DNA of 48,858 nucleotides from an uncultured delta proteobacterium. GTDB taxonomy: Bacteria; Desulfobacterota; WTBG01. Below, piece by piece: positions 1 through 10,016 of the stretch; the first letter of the stretch is position 1, and each line of letters starts with the position of its first letter. The notes beneath the pieces were generated by a model. The model was not told where the DNA came from, made no database searches, and saw only the letters and a list, made by a program, of their open reading frames with translations. The stretch lies in assembly GCA_963752035.1 (NCBI GenBank), contig CAVVWZ010000088.1, positions 1 through 48,858 of the forward strand. The letters are read 5' to 3'. The translations under genes were made by a program, and so were the position numbers.

Positions 1-146
1 TGCGGGATTGAGGATGGGGGAGATGTCAGCTCGGCTTTGTCCCGTTCACGCTGAATGGGTTTTTCCGCATTGATGGGGAAAAAGGCAAGGAAGGAAATGA
101 AGGCGAAAAAAACAAAAACATAGACACAGTTACTAAACTTTACCAT
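1..146 (-). CDS. 5' end of a gene for a secreted or membrane protein, running off the left edge (partial)
   Basis: A reverse-strand ATG at 144-146 opens a frame with no stop down to position 1: MVKFSNCVYVFVFFAFISFLAFFPINAEKPIQRERDK... The N-terminus is hydrophobic and signal-peptide-like. It is absent from the ORF track because it has no stop in the window. The RBS is weak. Confidence 0.3.
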   Translation of the reverse strand, partial: MVKFSNCVYVFVFFAFISFLAFFPINAEKPIQRERDKAELTSPPSSIP

Positions 147-663
147 CTTGTCGCAAACCTTGTGAGTGTATAGTAAATTTGGTGAGGCGCTGCCTTATGT
201 TTCAGTCAGCTACTCTATTATCGGCAACCCTCCCCATATCTTTAGGCCCCTCTTGAGTGGCAGCCTAATACTGCTGTCTACACACAATATGTTGTAGGCC
301 GAAAATTCAGACACACAATAAATCGCGTATATATAAGCAAAGTTATATAAAGCATTTTTACAGACAAGTCAACACTTTTCTCCATCTTTTTACGCACGGG
401 CCTACCGGGTGGAGCCTGTTTTGTTCAGCTATCCCCGGGGTTTGAAAAGAGAAAATCATTGACAAGGGACCATTTTACGTTTAGATATACTTAAGAACAC
501 CGCTTGGATCCTCTTTGACCGGACCGTGACGGAAGGATTGGTTGAACACCTTAGATACAATACCCCAGAAGGTATGGCTCTCCTGTAGACCGTACTGTTG
601 ATAGAAAAAGCCTTCTGCATTACGGCGCAGGGGGCTTTCATTAATCTTAAGAGAGGTGGTTCT

Positions 664-1467
664 ATGGATACAAAGGTTACTGTAGTGGACATTAAAGAGA
701 TGAAGGCCAGGGGCGAAAAAATCGTGATGCTTACTGCCTACGATTATCCTACCGCCCTGATTCTTGACCAGTGCGGGATAGAAGTGCTCTTAATCGGTGA
801 TTCAGTGGGCAATGTGATGATGGGTTTGGAGAATACCCTGCCGGTGACTACCGATGAAATTATTTATCATACCAGGGCGGTAGTCAGGGCTCGCAAACGT
901 GCCCTGGTGGTTGCCGATATGCCATTCATGTCTTATCAGGTAAGTATTGAGCAGGCCAAAGAGGAAGCCGGCAGGCTTGTTAAGGAAGGCGGGGCGGAAG
1001 CGGTAAAAATTGAGGGTGGGGAAAATATGGAAGGAGTTATCAAATCCATTTGCGACATAGACATACCTGTGATGGGCCATATTGGGTTAACACCCCAGTC
1101 CATTCATCGCATGGGGGGCTACAAGGTGCAGGGGAAAGAGGAGCGTCAGCGGGAAAAATTACTGGCTGATGCAATTGCGGTTGAGAGGGCAGGTGCCTTC
1201 TCTCTGGTTCTGGAGGCTATTCCCTTGAAGCTGGCAAAAGAAATTACCGAAACGGTGAAAATCCCCACCATTGGTATCGGTGCCGGCCTTCATTGTGATG
1301 GTCAGGTGCTGGTGATACATGACCTCTTAGGCCTTGGAGGCAAAGTGCGACCTAAATTTGTCAAGCAGTATGCGCACCTGGAAACGGACATTACCAGGGC
1401 AGTGAAGGCCTTTCGCTCAGATGTTAAAAAAGAGAAGTTCCCCACCGATAAACAGAGTTTCCATTAG
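664..1467 (+). CDS. panB: 3-methyl-2-oxobutanoate hydroxymethyltransferase (ketopantoate hydroxymethyltransferase)
   Basis: Track ORF 598..1467. An internal ATG at 664 follows a GAGAGGTGG RBS and gives MDTKVTVVDIKEMKARGEKIVMLTAYDYP, a typical PanB N-terminus. Family-like stretches continue throughout (GDSVGNVMMG, VVADMPF, AVKIEGG, GHIGLTPQS). Confidence 0.95.
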   Translation: MDTKVTVVDIKEMKARGEKIVMLTAYDYPTALILDQCGIEVLLIGDSVGNVMMGLENTLPVTTDEIIYHTRAVVRARKRALVVADMPFMSYQVSIEQAKEEAGRLVKEGGAEAVKIEGGENMEGVIKSICDIDIPVMGHIGLTPQSIHRMGGYKVQGKEERQREKLLADAIAVERAGAFSLVLEAIPLKLAKEITETVKIPTIGIGAGLHCDGQVLVIHDLLGLGGKVRPKFVKQYAHLETDITRAVKAFRSDVKKEKFPTDKQSFH

Positions 1468-1480
1468 AGGGTACAGGTTG

Positions 1481-2344
1481 ATGCAGACCATTAGCAGTAT
1501 TACAGCAATGCAGGCCTTTTCACGCAGGGCACGGGCAGAGGGGAAAACAATTGCCCTGGTTCCCACTATGGGATTTTTGCATCAAGGCCATGTGAGTCTG
1601 ATGGAAGAGGGCAGACGTCGGGGAGATTACCTGGTTATCAGTATCTTTGTCAACCCCACCCAGTTTGGGGCAGGGGAAGATCTTGAAGCATACCCACGGG
1701 ATATGGAAAGGGATCAAAGGCTGGCTCAAGAGGCCGGGGTTGATGTTATCTTTGCCCCACCGGCAGCCGAGATGTACCCCCCCGGTTATCAGACCTATGT
1801 TAACGTTGAGGGTGTTACCCGGAACCTGTGTGGCATTTCGCGGCCGACCCATTTTAGAGGGGTAACCACGGTGGTGTGCAAACTCTTTTGTATTGTACAG
1901 CCGGACTGTGCCATCTTCGGTGAAAAAGATTTTCAACAGCTGGTTGCCATTCGGCAAATGGTATCCGATCTTAATTTCGATCTTAAGATTGTGGGGATGC
2001 CGATTTACCGGGAGGAAGATGGCTTGGCCATGAGCTCTCGCAACAGATATTTAAAACCGGATGAGCGCAAAGCTGCCCTTTGCATTATCAACTCGCTTAA
2101 GCGGGCGAAAGCCCTGTTTGATACCGGTGAAAGAGAGGGAAAAAAGATCACCGGGGAAGTAAAAAATGGTATAGAAGCTGAGCCGCTGAGCCGAATTGAT
2201 TATATAAAGATTTGTGATGCCAGTGATATACAAGATATTGATCAGATTACACAAAGAGCTGTGCTGGCAGTGGCAGTGAATGTTGGTAAGGCACGTTTGA
2301 TCGACAATGTGATACTGGACCCGCTGGCTGCCAAAGGGAGCTAG
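1481..2344 (+). CDS. panC: pantoate--beta-alanine ligase (pantothenate synthetase)
   Basis: Track ORF 1421..2344, with a likely ATG at 1481 (MQTISSITAM...). It has the PTMGFLHQGH HIGH-type motif, the FGEKDFQQ motif and the SSRN motif. It starts 13 nt after the panB stop. Confidence 0.95.
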   Translation: MQTISSITAMQAFSRRARAEGKTIALVPTMGFLHQGHVSLMEEGRRRGDYLVISIFVNPTQFGAGEDLEAYPRDMERDQRLAQEAGVDVIFAPPAAEMYPPGYQTYVNVEGVTRNLCGISRPTHFRGVTTVVCKLFCIVQPDCAIFGEKDFQQLVAIRQMVSDLNFDLKIVGMPIYREEDGLAMSSRNRYLKPDERKAALCIINSLKRAKALFDTGEREGKKITGEVKNGIEAEPLSRIDYIKICDASDIQDIDQITQRAVLAVAVNVGKARLIDNVILDPLAAKGS

Positions 2345-2431
2345 CAGGGAAACCCCGACAGGTCCAAAGTTTTCCCTTAAGAAGACCGGGGTGTGGTTAA
2401 AAAGCATTACTGTGGGTGAATCGTAGAAGGC

Positions 2432-3109
2432 ATGAAAAAACTGATAAAAAAGATTGGTACTGTTTTGGGAAATGGGATTAAACGTTTTTCCAGTATGTTC
2501 CTGGCCGGCGGAGAAGGCATGAGGAAGCAATTGAGAAAATCGTTTTTTACCGGGCTTCTGGTTGTTATACCTATTGGTGCAACAATCTATCTCCTGCTCT
2601 TCCTGACACGCATTCTGAATGATCTGCTGCCCTTCAGTTTTTTACCCTATGGGACAGGAATCGTCCTCACCATCATACTCATTACCCTGGTAGGATTTAT
2701 GACTACCAACTTACTGGGGAAGCGGCTCATTGAAGTGGGGGAACAACTCATTTCCCGCATACCCCTGGTGAAAAATGTCTATGCCGCAGTTAAGCAAATA
2801 TCAGATGCCATGCTCTCTTCACCGGGTAAAAAATACAGGAGGGTTGTACTCCTAGAATATCCCCGGAAAGGAATTTATACCCTGGCCTTTGTTACCGGTA
2901 TTGCCAAGGGAGAAATACAGAAGAAAACCCAGAGTAATGTTATAAATCTCTTTCTTCCCACTACTCCCAATCCAACTTCCGGATTCTACCTCATGGTTCC
3001 TGAAAACGATGTTATCGATCTTGATATATCAGTGGAAGATGCCTTTAAGCTTCTGATTTCCGGCGGGATGGTTTCTGCTGAAAACAACCGCAACGAGGAC
3101 TTTTTCTAG
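2432..3109 (+). CDS. DUF502-family integral membrane protein
   Basis: The body is FFTGLLVVIPIGATIYLLLFL ... RIPLVKNVYAAVKQISDA ... LPTTPNPTSGFYLMVP, matching the remembered DUF502 architecture. The start is uncertain. The ATG at 2519 (MRKQLRKSFFTG...) is as plausible as 2432. Confidence 0.75.
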   Translation: MKKLIKKIGTVLGNGIKRFSSMFLAGGEGMRKQLRKSFFTGLLVVIPIGATIYLLLFLTRILNDLLPFSFLPYGTGIVLTIILITLVGFMTTNLLGKRLIEVGEQLISRIPLVKNVYAAVKQISDAMLSSPGKKYRRVVLLEYPRKGIYTLAFVTGIAKGEIQKKTQSNVINLFLPTTPNPTSGFYLMVPENDVIDLDISVEDAFKLLISGGMVSAENNRNEDFF

Positions 3110-3786
3110 CTGGAATACTCTTTCCGAATCATCTTCATGTCTTCCCACACTTCCCGTTTTTTTTGAGCATTCCTGAGCAGATAGGCTGGATGGAAGGTTG
3201 CAATGAGCTTGGTGTTGCGATAGTCAATAAACCTGCCTCTGAGACGGGATATTCTTTCGTCAGTGTCAAGCAGTGTTTGTGCAGCAAAGGTGCCCAGCGC
3301 GCAGATGATCTTCGGCTGAATTGCATCGAGCTGTTTAATGAGAAAAGGCTCACATGCTTTAATTTCATCCGGTTCAGGATTCCTGTTCTGGGGTGGGCGG
3401 CATTTGATGATATTGGCGATGTAAACTTCTTCCCGGGTGAGATTGATGGAGTTGATAATCCTGGTGAGGAGTTGGCCCGCAGGGCCTACAAAGGGTTTTC
3501 CCTGGATATCCTCTTCCCCTCCAGGGCCTTCACCGACAAATACCAGTTTTGCCTCCGGATTTCCTGTGCCAAAGACGATGTTTTTGCGATGTGGATGGAG
3601 TTTGCAGCGGGTACACTCACCCAGTTCGTTTCTCACCTGTTTAAGCAGTTCACCTTTTCCTGGAGAAGGCAGTCTCTGCTGTAGCGGTAATTCCTCAACC
3701 CCCTCCTCTTTAAGGGAGGAGAGGAAATCCTGCAGTGAAGAGAGAACCTGATGAAACTCCTGTTCGAGCCCGTTCAGTTCGTTCAT
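3106..3786 (-). CDS. uracil-DNA glycosylase, family 4
   Basis: It has GECTRCKLH, VFGTGNPEAKLVFVGEGPGGEED, GKPFVGPAGQLL and HPAYLLRN motifs, characteristic of family-4 UDGs. Its start overlaps the coaBC stop in an ATGA arrangement (3783-3786). Confidence 0.9.
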   Translation of the reverse strand: MNELNGLEQEFHQVLSSLQDFLSSLKEEGVEELPLQQRLPSPGKGELLKQVRNELGECTRCKLHPHRKNIVFGTGNPEAKLVFVGEGPGGEEDIQGKPFVGPAGQLLTRIINSINLTREEVYIANIIKCRPPQNRNPEPDEIKACEPFLIKQLDAIQPKIICALGTFAAQTLLDTDERISRLRGRFIDYRNTKLIATFHPAYLLRNAQKKREVWEDMKMIRKEYSS

Positions 3787-5033
3787 CTCCTTTTGCCCTT
3801 GGCGCGTTTCTCAGCTGTTTTTTTCGGGGCCGGGGCAACTTTTTTCTCCGCTTTAAGCTCCTTAACTCTATCAAGGATTTTATCTGCAAGCCCTGTTTTC
3901 TCCATACGGGGGAGTGTTTCCACTCTTCCTTCATAGTCAATGAGGGTGACCTCATTGTTGTCTGAGCCAAATCCACCTTCCTTCTGAAGTGCGTGATTGA
4001 CTACAATGAGATCGAGATTTTTTCTGTCCAGTTTTCCTTTAGCCTGAGAAATAAGGTTTTTTGTTTCGGCAGCAAATCCAACCAGGAACCGCTTCCCCTT
4101 ATTTTTTCCAAGTTTGTAAAGGATGTCAGGATTTCTCTCCAGTTCCAGGGTCAGGCTTTTTTGTGCTTTCTTCATCTTTTCATGAGAATACTTTTTAGGG
4201 CGGTAATCTGCCACCGCCGCAGTCTTGATAACGATGGTACAGGACTTGTAGTGTCGTGATACAGCTTTGTCCATATCGAGAGCACTGGTGACAGGGATGG
4301 TGCGGATGTGGGGAGGGGGATTGATTGTTGTAGGACCTGTGACCAGCAGTACTTCTGCGCCTCTTTTTTGAGAAGCGTGTGCCAGGGCATACCCCATTTT
4401 CCCGGAGGAACGATTGGTAAGGAACCTGATGGGATCTACCTGTTCCTGAGTAGGTCCTGCTGTAATCAGGATGTGTTCCCCGTGCAGGTCTTTTTCCGTT
4501 ATAAGCGCTGTGGTTTCTTCAAGGATGTCATCCAGTTCAGCGAGTCTGCCTTTTCCTTCATAACCACAGGCAAGTTCCCCCGTTGCGGGGCCTGAGAAGA
4601 TGAAACCGCGCTCTTTTAATTTTTCTACATTCTGCTGGGTAACGGGATTTTCCCACATCTTGGTGTTCATAGCGGGGGCAATGAGCACCGGGGCGGCTGT
4701 GGATAAGACTACCGACGAGAGGAGGTCATCTGCAATGCCAGCTGCACACTTTGCAATGATGTTTGCTGTTGCAGGTGCAATGATTAAAAGATCTGCCTTA
4801 TCGGCCAGGGCAATGTGGGCAATCTCCGGCTGGTAACTGCTGAAGAGGTCCGTGTGAACAGGGTGAGTGGAGATAGTCTGGAAGGTAAGGGGGGTGACAA
4901 ACTGCTGGGCATTGCTGGTCATTACCACATCGACTTCAGCATTACGCTTGCAGAGTTGCCTGACTAATTCAGCCGCTTTATAGGCAGCGATTCCACCCGT
5001 AATACCCACTACAATCTTTTTTCCTTTAAGCAT
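3783..5033 (-). CDS. coaBC: bifunctional phosphopantothenoylcysteine decarboxylase / phosphopantothenate--cysteine ligase
   Basis: 416 aa. The N-terminal flavoprotein domain (IVVGITGGIAAYKA, PAMNTKMW) is followed by the CoaB ligase domain (ITAGPTQEQVDPIRFLTNRSSGKMG, AAVADYRP). Confidence 0.95.
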   Translation of the reverse strand: MLKGKKIVVGITGGIAAYKAAELVRQLCKRNAEVDVVMTSNAQQFVTPLTFQTISTHPVHTDLFSSYQPEIAHIALADKADLLIIAPATANIIAKCAAGIADDLLSSVVLSTAAPVLIAPAMNTKMWENPVTQQNVEKLKERGFIFSGPATGELACGYEGKGRLAELDDILEETTALITEKDLHGEHILITAGPTQEQVDPIRFLTNRSSGKMGYALAHASQKRGAEVLLVTGPTTINPPPHIRTIPVTSALDMDKAVSRHYKSCTIVIKTAAVADYRPKKYSHEKMKKAQKSLTLELERNPDILYKLGKNKGKRFLVGFAAETKNLISQAKGKLDRKNLDLIVVNHALQKEGGFGSDNNEVTLIDYEGRVETLPRMEKTGLADKILDRVKELKAEKKVAPAPKKTAEKRAKGKRR

Positions 5034-5081
5034 TTTCTTAATTCCTGTTGATTAAGATTATAAAATTCACATTAGTTTCAA

Positions 5082-5248
5082 ACCGCAAAGACGCAAAGTA
5101 CGCAAAGATTTTAAAGAGGTAAATAAACAGCTGTTGACTCCGCTATTCTATACGGGGAATTTCCACGAGTATCCAGGGATTCTTTTCTGTCATCTCTATT
5201 TTAGCTACTATAGGCTTCCTTTGCGTCATCTCTGCAGTCTTTGCGGTG
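5082..5248 (+). repeat. GCAAAG-array inverted-repeat element, copy 1
   Basis: The left end is ACCGCAAAGACGCAAAGTACGCAAAG and the right end is CTTTGCGTCATCTCTGCAGTCTTTGCGGTG, an imperfect reverse complement. The AT-rich core is about 110 bp. It lies between the 5302..6525 gene and coaBC. Confidence 0.8.
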
Positions 5249-5301
5249 TCATTAAATCTTTTTGTATCCGCTAACTCGCATGCTTCAGCTCCATTCTCTT
5301 T

Positions 5302-6525
5302 TTATTCTATTTCTTCTTCCGGTTCCTGGTTTTTTAACATGACTTCCATCTCGATAAGTGGTGGTGTGACGCTTGCAATGTAGACAGTAAAATCCTTGAA
5401 TTGCTTGCGCTCAATCAGCGCAGCAAGTGATGACGTGTCAAGGGGTGATTCCACTTCAATCAAAGCCCCTGTGTCAGAAAGGGTTTTTTGTAACAGATTG
5501 TAAATTTCCGGGATCGCCTTTTTTAAAGCGCTTTTAAAGCGGGAAAAGTCAAGATAATCTGACAGGCCGGAAACACTGAGGGTGCTTGAAGCTATCCCCC
5601 GGTTTTCTTTAACCCATCGCAGAGAAAGTTCTTCCCCGATGGTACGGGCGAGTCTTGATGCTGCCTTCTCAAGTGCAATCTGCTGTGCCGTTATTTCACT
5701 GTCGTCGGTTGCCGGGATATAGCTCTCACTGGTTGCAATTACAGAACCATCGTCTACCTTCAGTGCTTTAGCGACAATATTCGCCTGGACGATTTTTTGG
5801 GAAGGGTTTTCCGTTTCACCTGTCAGTTCAACCTGGGCTTTTCCAACAACGACTATATCTACCTGAAACTGTTTGCCTAACGCCTGAACATCTTCCGGCA
5901 GTATGTCAAGACAACCGTACACTTTCGAGGTAGTGATTTTTTTGATCATAGAGGTATGATCTATCACTTCGAACCCCCTTTTCTGAAGCTCATTCCGTAC
6001 AGTGCTGTCAATGGTTGTCAATTCCTTTTCGGGATCTATGAAGGACCACCAGCAGGTAGAGAAATTTTGATCAAGTTTCTGCTGGGAAACCATAAGGAGG
6101 ATGCGGGGCAATTTCAACTGAGAACCTATGGAGCGGGTGTTTAGCAGGTTGTTTTTTAAGTCTTCCATCGCTACGGTTGCCTGAATGGTGATATGATAGC
6201 GATCACCGAGGGTACTGTCGTAGAGAACTCTGTAGCTCTCAATATAGTCAGCAGTTTTCGTAAAAAGGGTGCGTTTAAGTTCGGCAAACTGTCGGCTAAA
6301 CTGTTCAAATGTCATCAGCCGGATCGCTGCTTTTATGAGAGCCTTCTTCTGGGCGTCTGCAAGTGCATCGTTTCGTGCGCCAAAAACATTATTATTTCGT
6401 ATGGAAGCTATCCCGGTACTTGTAATGGGATCAACTGTAGCCGCGTCTTGTGCACAAACAGGGATGCTGGTAAAAAAAGGAATCATAAGAGATAACATCA
6501 ATAGTAGTACAAGGAATTTCTTCAC
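5302..6525 (-). CDS. secreted protein of unknown function (signal peptide)
   Basis: 407-aa ORF with a GTG start at 6525 behind a GAGGT RBS. The N-terminus MKKFLVLLLMLSLMIPFFTSIPVCAQD is a clear signal peptide. I cannot name a family with confidence. Confidence 0.7.
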   Translation of the reverse strand: MKKFLVLLLMLSLMIPFFTSIPVCAQDAATVDPITSTGIASIRNNNVFGARNDALADAQKKALIKAAIRLMTFEQFSRQFAELKRTLFTKTADYIESYRVLYDSTLGDRYHITIQATVAMEDLKNNLLNTRSIGSQLKLPRILLMVSQQKLDQNFSTCWWSFIDPEKELTTIDSTVRNELQKRGFEVIDHTSMIKKITTSKVYGCLDILPEDVQALGKQFQVDIVVVGKAQVELTGETENPSQKIVQANIVAKALKVDDGSVIATSESYIPATDDSEITAQQIALEKAASRLARTIGEELSLRWVKENRGIASSTLSVSGLSDYLDFSRFKSALKKAIPEIYNLLQKTLSDTGALIEVESPLDTSSLAALIERKQFKDFTVYIASVTPPLIEMEVMLKNQEPEEEIE

Positions 6526-6589
6526 GATTTGCTACCTCGACAGTACAGGGTTTAAGTGGCCTAAAGCTGGTCTACTATCTAAACGTCCT

Positions 6590-7850
6590 TCAGTGCAGAT
6601 AGGGTTTGACTTCATCAACAAGGGCTTTACTGATTTCGGCTTCAATGACAATGCCTGTATCTAAGTACTCTTTTGTAATGATGTTCCCCCTGCTCAGAAT
6701 GGTGCTGATGGTCTCCCCTGCTTCAAAAGGGATAGTGAGCTTCACTTTTTTAAGGGTTTCCGAAACGACAGCAGCTATTTTACCGAGCAGGGTCTCTAAC
6801 TCCTTCACCGGTGAGGGCTGATACTGCAACTCCATTTTCCAGCTTTTGTACCCAGGAGCTGATCATTGGTTTGTGTGAAACAGAATCTATTTTGTTGAGA
6901 ACGTGGATGATGTGTGTAGGGGATATGTTGCTCTCTGCAAGAACCCTGTTAACCGCCTTGATCTGGGCTTCGAACTGGGGATTGCTTATGTCGATGAGGT
7001 GTAGAAGGATGTCGGATGCCTTTACTTCTTCAAATGTTGCCTTGAATGCAGCAATGAGCTGGTGGGGAAGTTTTTCTATGAAGCCAACCGTATCGGTAAG
7101 AAAGACTTCCTGGTTGTTAGGCAAACGGATCTTTCCCACTTTTGGATCCAGGGTGCTGAACAATTGGTCTTCTGCCGGAACCCTTGTGCGGGATAACCGG
7201 TTTAAGAGAGTGGACTTCCCGGCATTGGTATAACCGACAAGGGTTATGGTTGAGGGTGAAAGAGCCTTCCTGTTCAGACGGTGCAGTTTTCTTACTTTGC
7301 GTACCTTTTCCAGTTCTCGCTTTAAGCGGGTAATGCGTTCCTTGATCTTTCTGCGATCAACTTCCAGCTGTGTTTCTCCGGGTCCCCTGGTTCCGATTCC
7401 ACCGCCCAAACGGGAGAGCATTGTCCCTTTTCCCCTGAGCCGGGGCAGGGTGTAGTTAAGCTGGGCAAGCTCTACCTGCAGCTTTCCTTCTCTTGACTGT
7501 GCTCTCTGAGCAAAAATATCCAGGATAAGGCCGGTCCGATCAATGGTTTTGGTGTCAAACAGGGTTTCCAGGTTTCTCTGCTGGGTTGGCGTGAGCTCAT
7601 CGTCAAAGACTACCAGATTAATAGTATGGGACTTTACATAGGTACATATCTCCTCAGCCTTGCCTTTCCCGATCAGAAGTGAGGGATCAATCTTTTTCAA
7701 TTCCTGGACTATTGTTTTCTCAACTCGGGCACCGGCAGTCTCAGCAAGACGGGACAACTCCTCCAGGGATTCTGCAACTTCCCAATCCCGTTTCTGTCCG
7801 GCAGAGGTTCCTATCAGCAGTGCTTTTTCTTTGTTTGTGTCTTGCTCCAT
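6590..7850 (-). pseudogene. hflX: GTPase HflX, interrupted by one frameshift (two overlapping ORFs)
   Basis: ORF 6780..7850 carries the HflX N-domain and G-domain (GYTNAGKSTLLN, DTVGF, NKID, SALTGEG). It stops 5 codons after TGEG. ORF 6590..6835, in the +1 frame, continues with VKELETLLGKIAAVV..., the normal continuation and C-terminal domain. The shift lies near 6800-6812. Confidence 0.85.
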
Positions 7851-7982
7851 AAAATAGTAATGCTAGCCTGCGTCCAGACTAGTCAGCCTTGGTATCTGTA
7901 AGCTGTATTAAAAAGACGAATGATACCTAACCAAGAGGGTTCAAGAGATTTGTATCAGACAGCACCATCATAGAACAATTGC

Positions 7983-8915
7983 TTAAATATTCAAGAACTT
8001 TTTGATTGTCTCACCGATCTCAGGGGACTGGTTCGGGAGGGTAACCCACTTAATCTCCGCATCTTTTTTGAACCAGGTGATCTGGCGTTTTGCATACCGT
8101 TTAGTGTTTCGTTTAATGAGTTGAACGGCTTCATCCATGTCTGTTTCTCCCTGAAGGAAGCCCAGTATCTGCTTATAGCCGAGACTCTGAAAGGGTTTGA
8201 TGGTGGAGGGGTAGCCTTTGGTTAGTAAGCTTTTTATCTCTTCTGCCAGTCCGGAGGAGATCATGAGGTCCACTCTTCGTTCAATTCGGTCATACAGTTC
8301 TTTCCGGTCTCTCATGAGGCCTATTTTTAAGAGGTTGAAATGGGATTCTTTGAACTGGTGGTTCTGGTGTTGTTCTGAAATGGATTTTCCGGTGAGGTGA
8401 AATACTTCAAGGGCCCGAATAATCCTGAAGGTGTCATTAGGATGTATTCGTGAAGCAGCTGCAGGATCTATCTTTGTAAGCTTCCTGTGGAGATACCATT
8501 TTCCTTTGTTTTTCTCCTGCTCTTTGAGTTCCTCACGCAACCTGTGATCAGCCGGAGGAGCCTGAAAGAGCCCCCGTGTCAGTGCCCTGATATACAGACC
8601 GGTTCCTCCTACCACAAGCGGCTGCTTAGCTTTGCGGTGGAGTGAGGCAATACTGTTTAATGCCTCTTTCCTGAATTGAGCCGCACTAAACTCCTCATCG
8701 GGGTTCTTGATGTCAATGAGATGATGGGTGACCAGTTCCCTCTGGGCAGGTGAGGGTTTTGCGGAGCCAATATCCATTTCCCGATAGACCTGCATGGAGT
8801 CAGCATTAATAATTTCCATGTCAAAGCGTTGAGCGAGCTCAATGGCATGTTCTGACTTGCCCACCGCAGTGGGTCCCAGCAAGATTACCAGGGGGATGTT
8901 TTTAAGATCTTCCAT
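7983..8915 (-). CDS. miaA: tRNA dimethylallyltransferase
   Basis: It has the P-loop LLGPTAVGKSEHAIELA, then IINADSMQVYREMDIGSAKPS and GGTGLYIRAL. The length of 310 aa is typical for MiaA. Confidence 0.95.
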   Translation of the reverse strand: MEDLKNIPLVILLGPTAVGKSEHAIELAQRFDMEIINADSMQVYREMDIGSAKPSPAQRELVTHHLIDIKNPDEEFSAAQFRKEALNSIASLHRKAKQPLVVGGTGLYIRALTRGLFQAPPADHRLREELKEQEKNKGKWYLHRKLTKIDPAAASRIHPNDTFRIIRALEVFHLTGKSISEQHQNHQFKESHFNLLKIGLMRDRKELYDRIERRVDLMISSGLAEEIKSLLTKGYPSTIKPFQSLGYKQILGFLQGETDMDEAVQLIKRNTKRYAKRQITWFKKDAEIKWVTLPNQSPEIGETIKKFLNI

Positions 8916-8994
8916 GATGCACGATACAGGATGCAGGATTCAGATGCAGGATCAAAAAAGTCCGAAATCAGAAACAAATCAAAACTTGTTTCTA

Positions 8995-9136
8995 ACCGCA
9001 AAGACGCAAAGTACGCAAAGATTTGTCACTGGTAAAAAACAGAACTCGTTTATCCTCCGCATCAAAAGTATTTCTGTATCTTTTTGGTTACTTATCTTTC
9101 TTAGGTTTGCTTTGCGCTCTTTGCGCCTCTGCGGTG
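8995..9136 (+). repeat. GCAAAG-array inverted-repeat element, copy 2
   Basis: ACCGCAAAGACGCAAAGTACGCAAAG ... GCTTTGCGCTCTTTGCGCCTCTGCGGTG. It lies between apt and miaA. A short CAGGATGCAGGAT low-complexity tract precedes it (8925-8950). Confidence 0.8.
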
Positions 9137-9168
9137 CGTAAATTTTGTTCCTGCTTTCCGCAATCGGT

Positions 9169-9692
9169 TTATTCGCCTTCGAATTCTACCAGGGTGAAGA
9201 TCTGGTAGTTCTGTAATTTCTCCCTTCCCTTTAGATCGGGAAGGTCCACGATGAATGCACACTCTGTGACGATACCACCTGCCTTCTCAACCAGGTCGCA
9301 GGCCGCTTTCATGGTGCCCCCGGTGGCAAGGAGGTCATCAACAACCAGTACACGGGCTCCTTTATAAACACTGTCTTTGTGCATTTCCACCGCATCCTTG
9401 CCGTATTCCAGCTCGTAATCCACACGATAGGTTTCTGCGGGAAGCTTCCCCGGTTTGCGGATAGGGATAAATCCTTTTCCCAACAGAAAAGCAATAACCC
9501 CGGCAATGATGAAACCGCGGGATTCTATACCGGCCACCAGATCAAAAGACTGGTGACGATAGCGTTCTACCAGGGCATCAATCGTTTCTTTAAAGGCTCG
9601 GCATCCTTAAGGAGGGTGGTTATGTCACGAAACATAATCCCTTCTTTGGGGAAGTCTGGTATGGTGCGAATTGCTTTCTTGATGTTTTCCAT
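9169..9692 (-). pseudogene. apt: adenine phosphoribosyltransferase, interrupted by one frameshift
   Basis: The ATG at 9692 follows an AGGAGA RBS and gives [32 protein letters not shown]. The frame then breaks near 9598-9600. The shifted frame reads [33 protein letters not shown]...VLVVDDLLATGGT to the stop at 9169. The total length is 524 nt, one short of a multiple of 3. Confidence 0.85.
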
Positions 9693-9940
9693 TGTGTGTT
9701 CTCCTCATGCTCATTAATTATTTTTAAAATCAAATCACAATACATTCAAATGCCAGAAGTCAGAAGACAGAAGTCAGATAGACATTCGGAGTCAGAAGCA
9801 ATCGAATGAATAAGCTGAAAACCAAATTAGATAGCATCGGTCTTACAATCCGCGACCGAAATTGAAGAGCTCGATCAATCTAGACTTATTATTCGTAACT
9901 CTTTACGCGATTGCTTCGTCTTTATATTCTCTTTCTCATT

Positions 9941-10016
9941 ACATTCGATGTTCATTTTTCCTTTGTGACTTTGCTACTTTGTCACTCGTCACTCCTGTTT
10001 TTTTCATTCGACGTTC
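9941..10016 (-). repeat. post-stop purine-rich repeat, diverged copy C
   Basis: The reverse complement reads GAACGTCGAATGAAAAAAACAGGAGTGACGAGTGAC...GAAAAATGAACATCGAATG. It shares words with the copies at 27396 and 29836. It starts at the stop codon of the permease gene, in that gene's sense orientation. Confidence 0.55.

Noticed and set aside
456-692. 78-aa minus-strand ORF, and a TTGACA (459-464) promoter-like hexamer upstream of panB
   Set aside because: The ORF overlaps the panB start in antisense and has no RBS or family resemblance. For the promoter, a 17-nt spacer gives the poor -10 TAGATA, and the good TATACT sits at a 21-nt spacing. No confident promoter call is made.
6590-6835. 81-aa ORF as an independent small gene downstream of hflX
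   Set aside because: Its sequence continues the HflX G-domain end and C-terminal domain directly after TGEG, in the +1 frame. It overlaps the upstream ORF by 56 nt. It is treated as the 3' part of a frameshifted hflX.
7851-7982. Possible tRNA or small RNA in this and other spacers (180-460, 17240-17465, 37200-37766)
   Set aside because: By eye I found no cloverleaf-compatible acceptor and T-arm pairing, and no GGTTCGAAT-type box with a complementary stem. No recognisable riboswitch core is present. A covariance-model scan would be needed to be sure.
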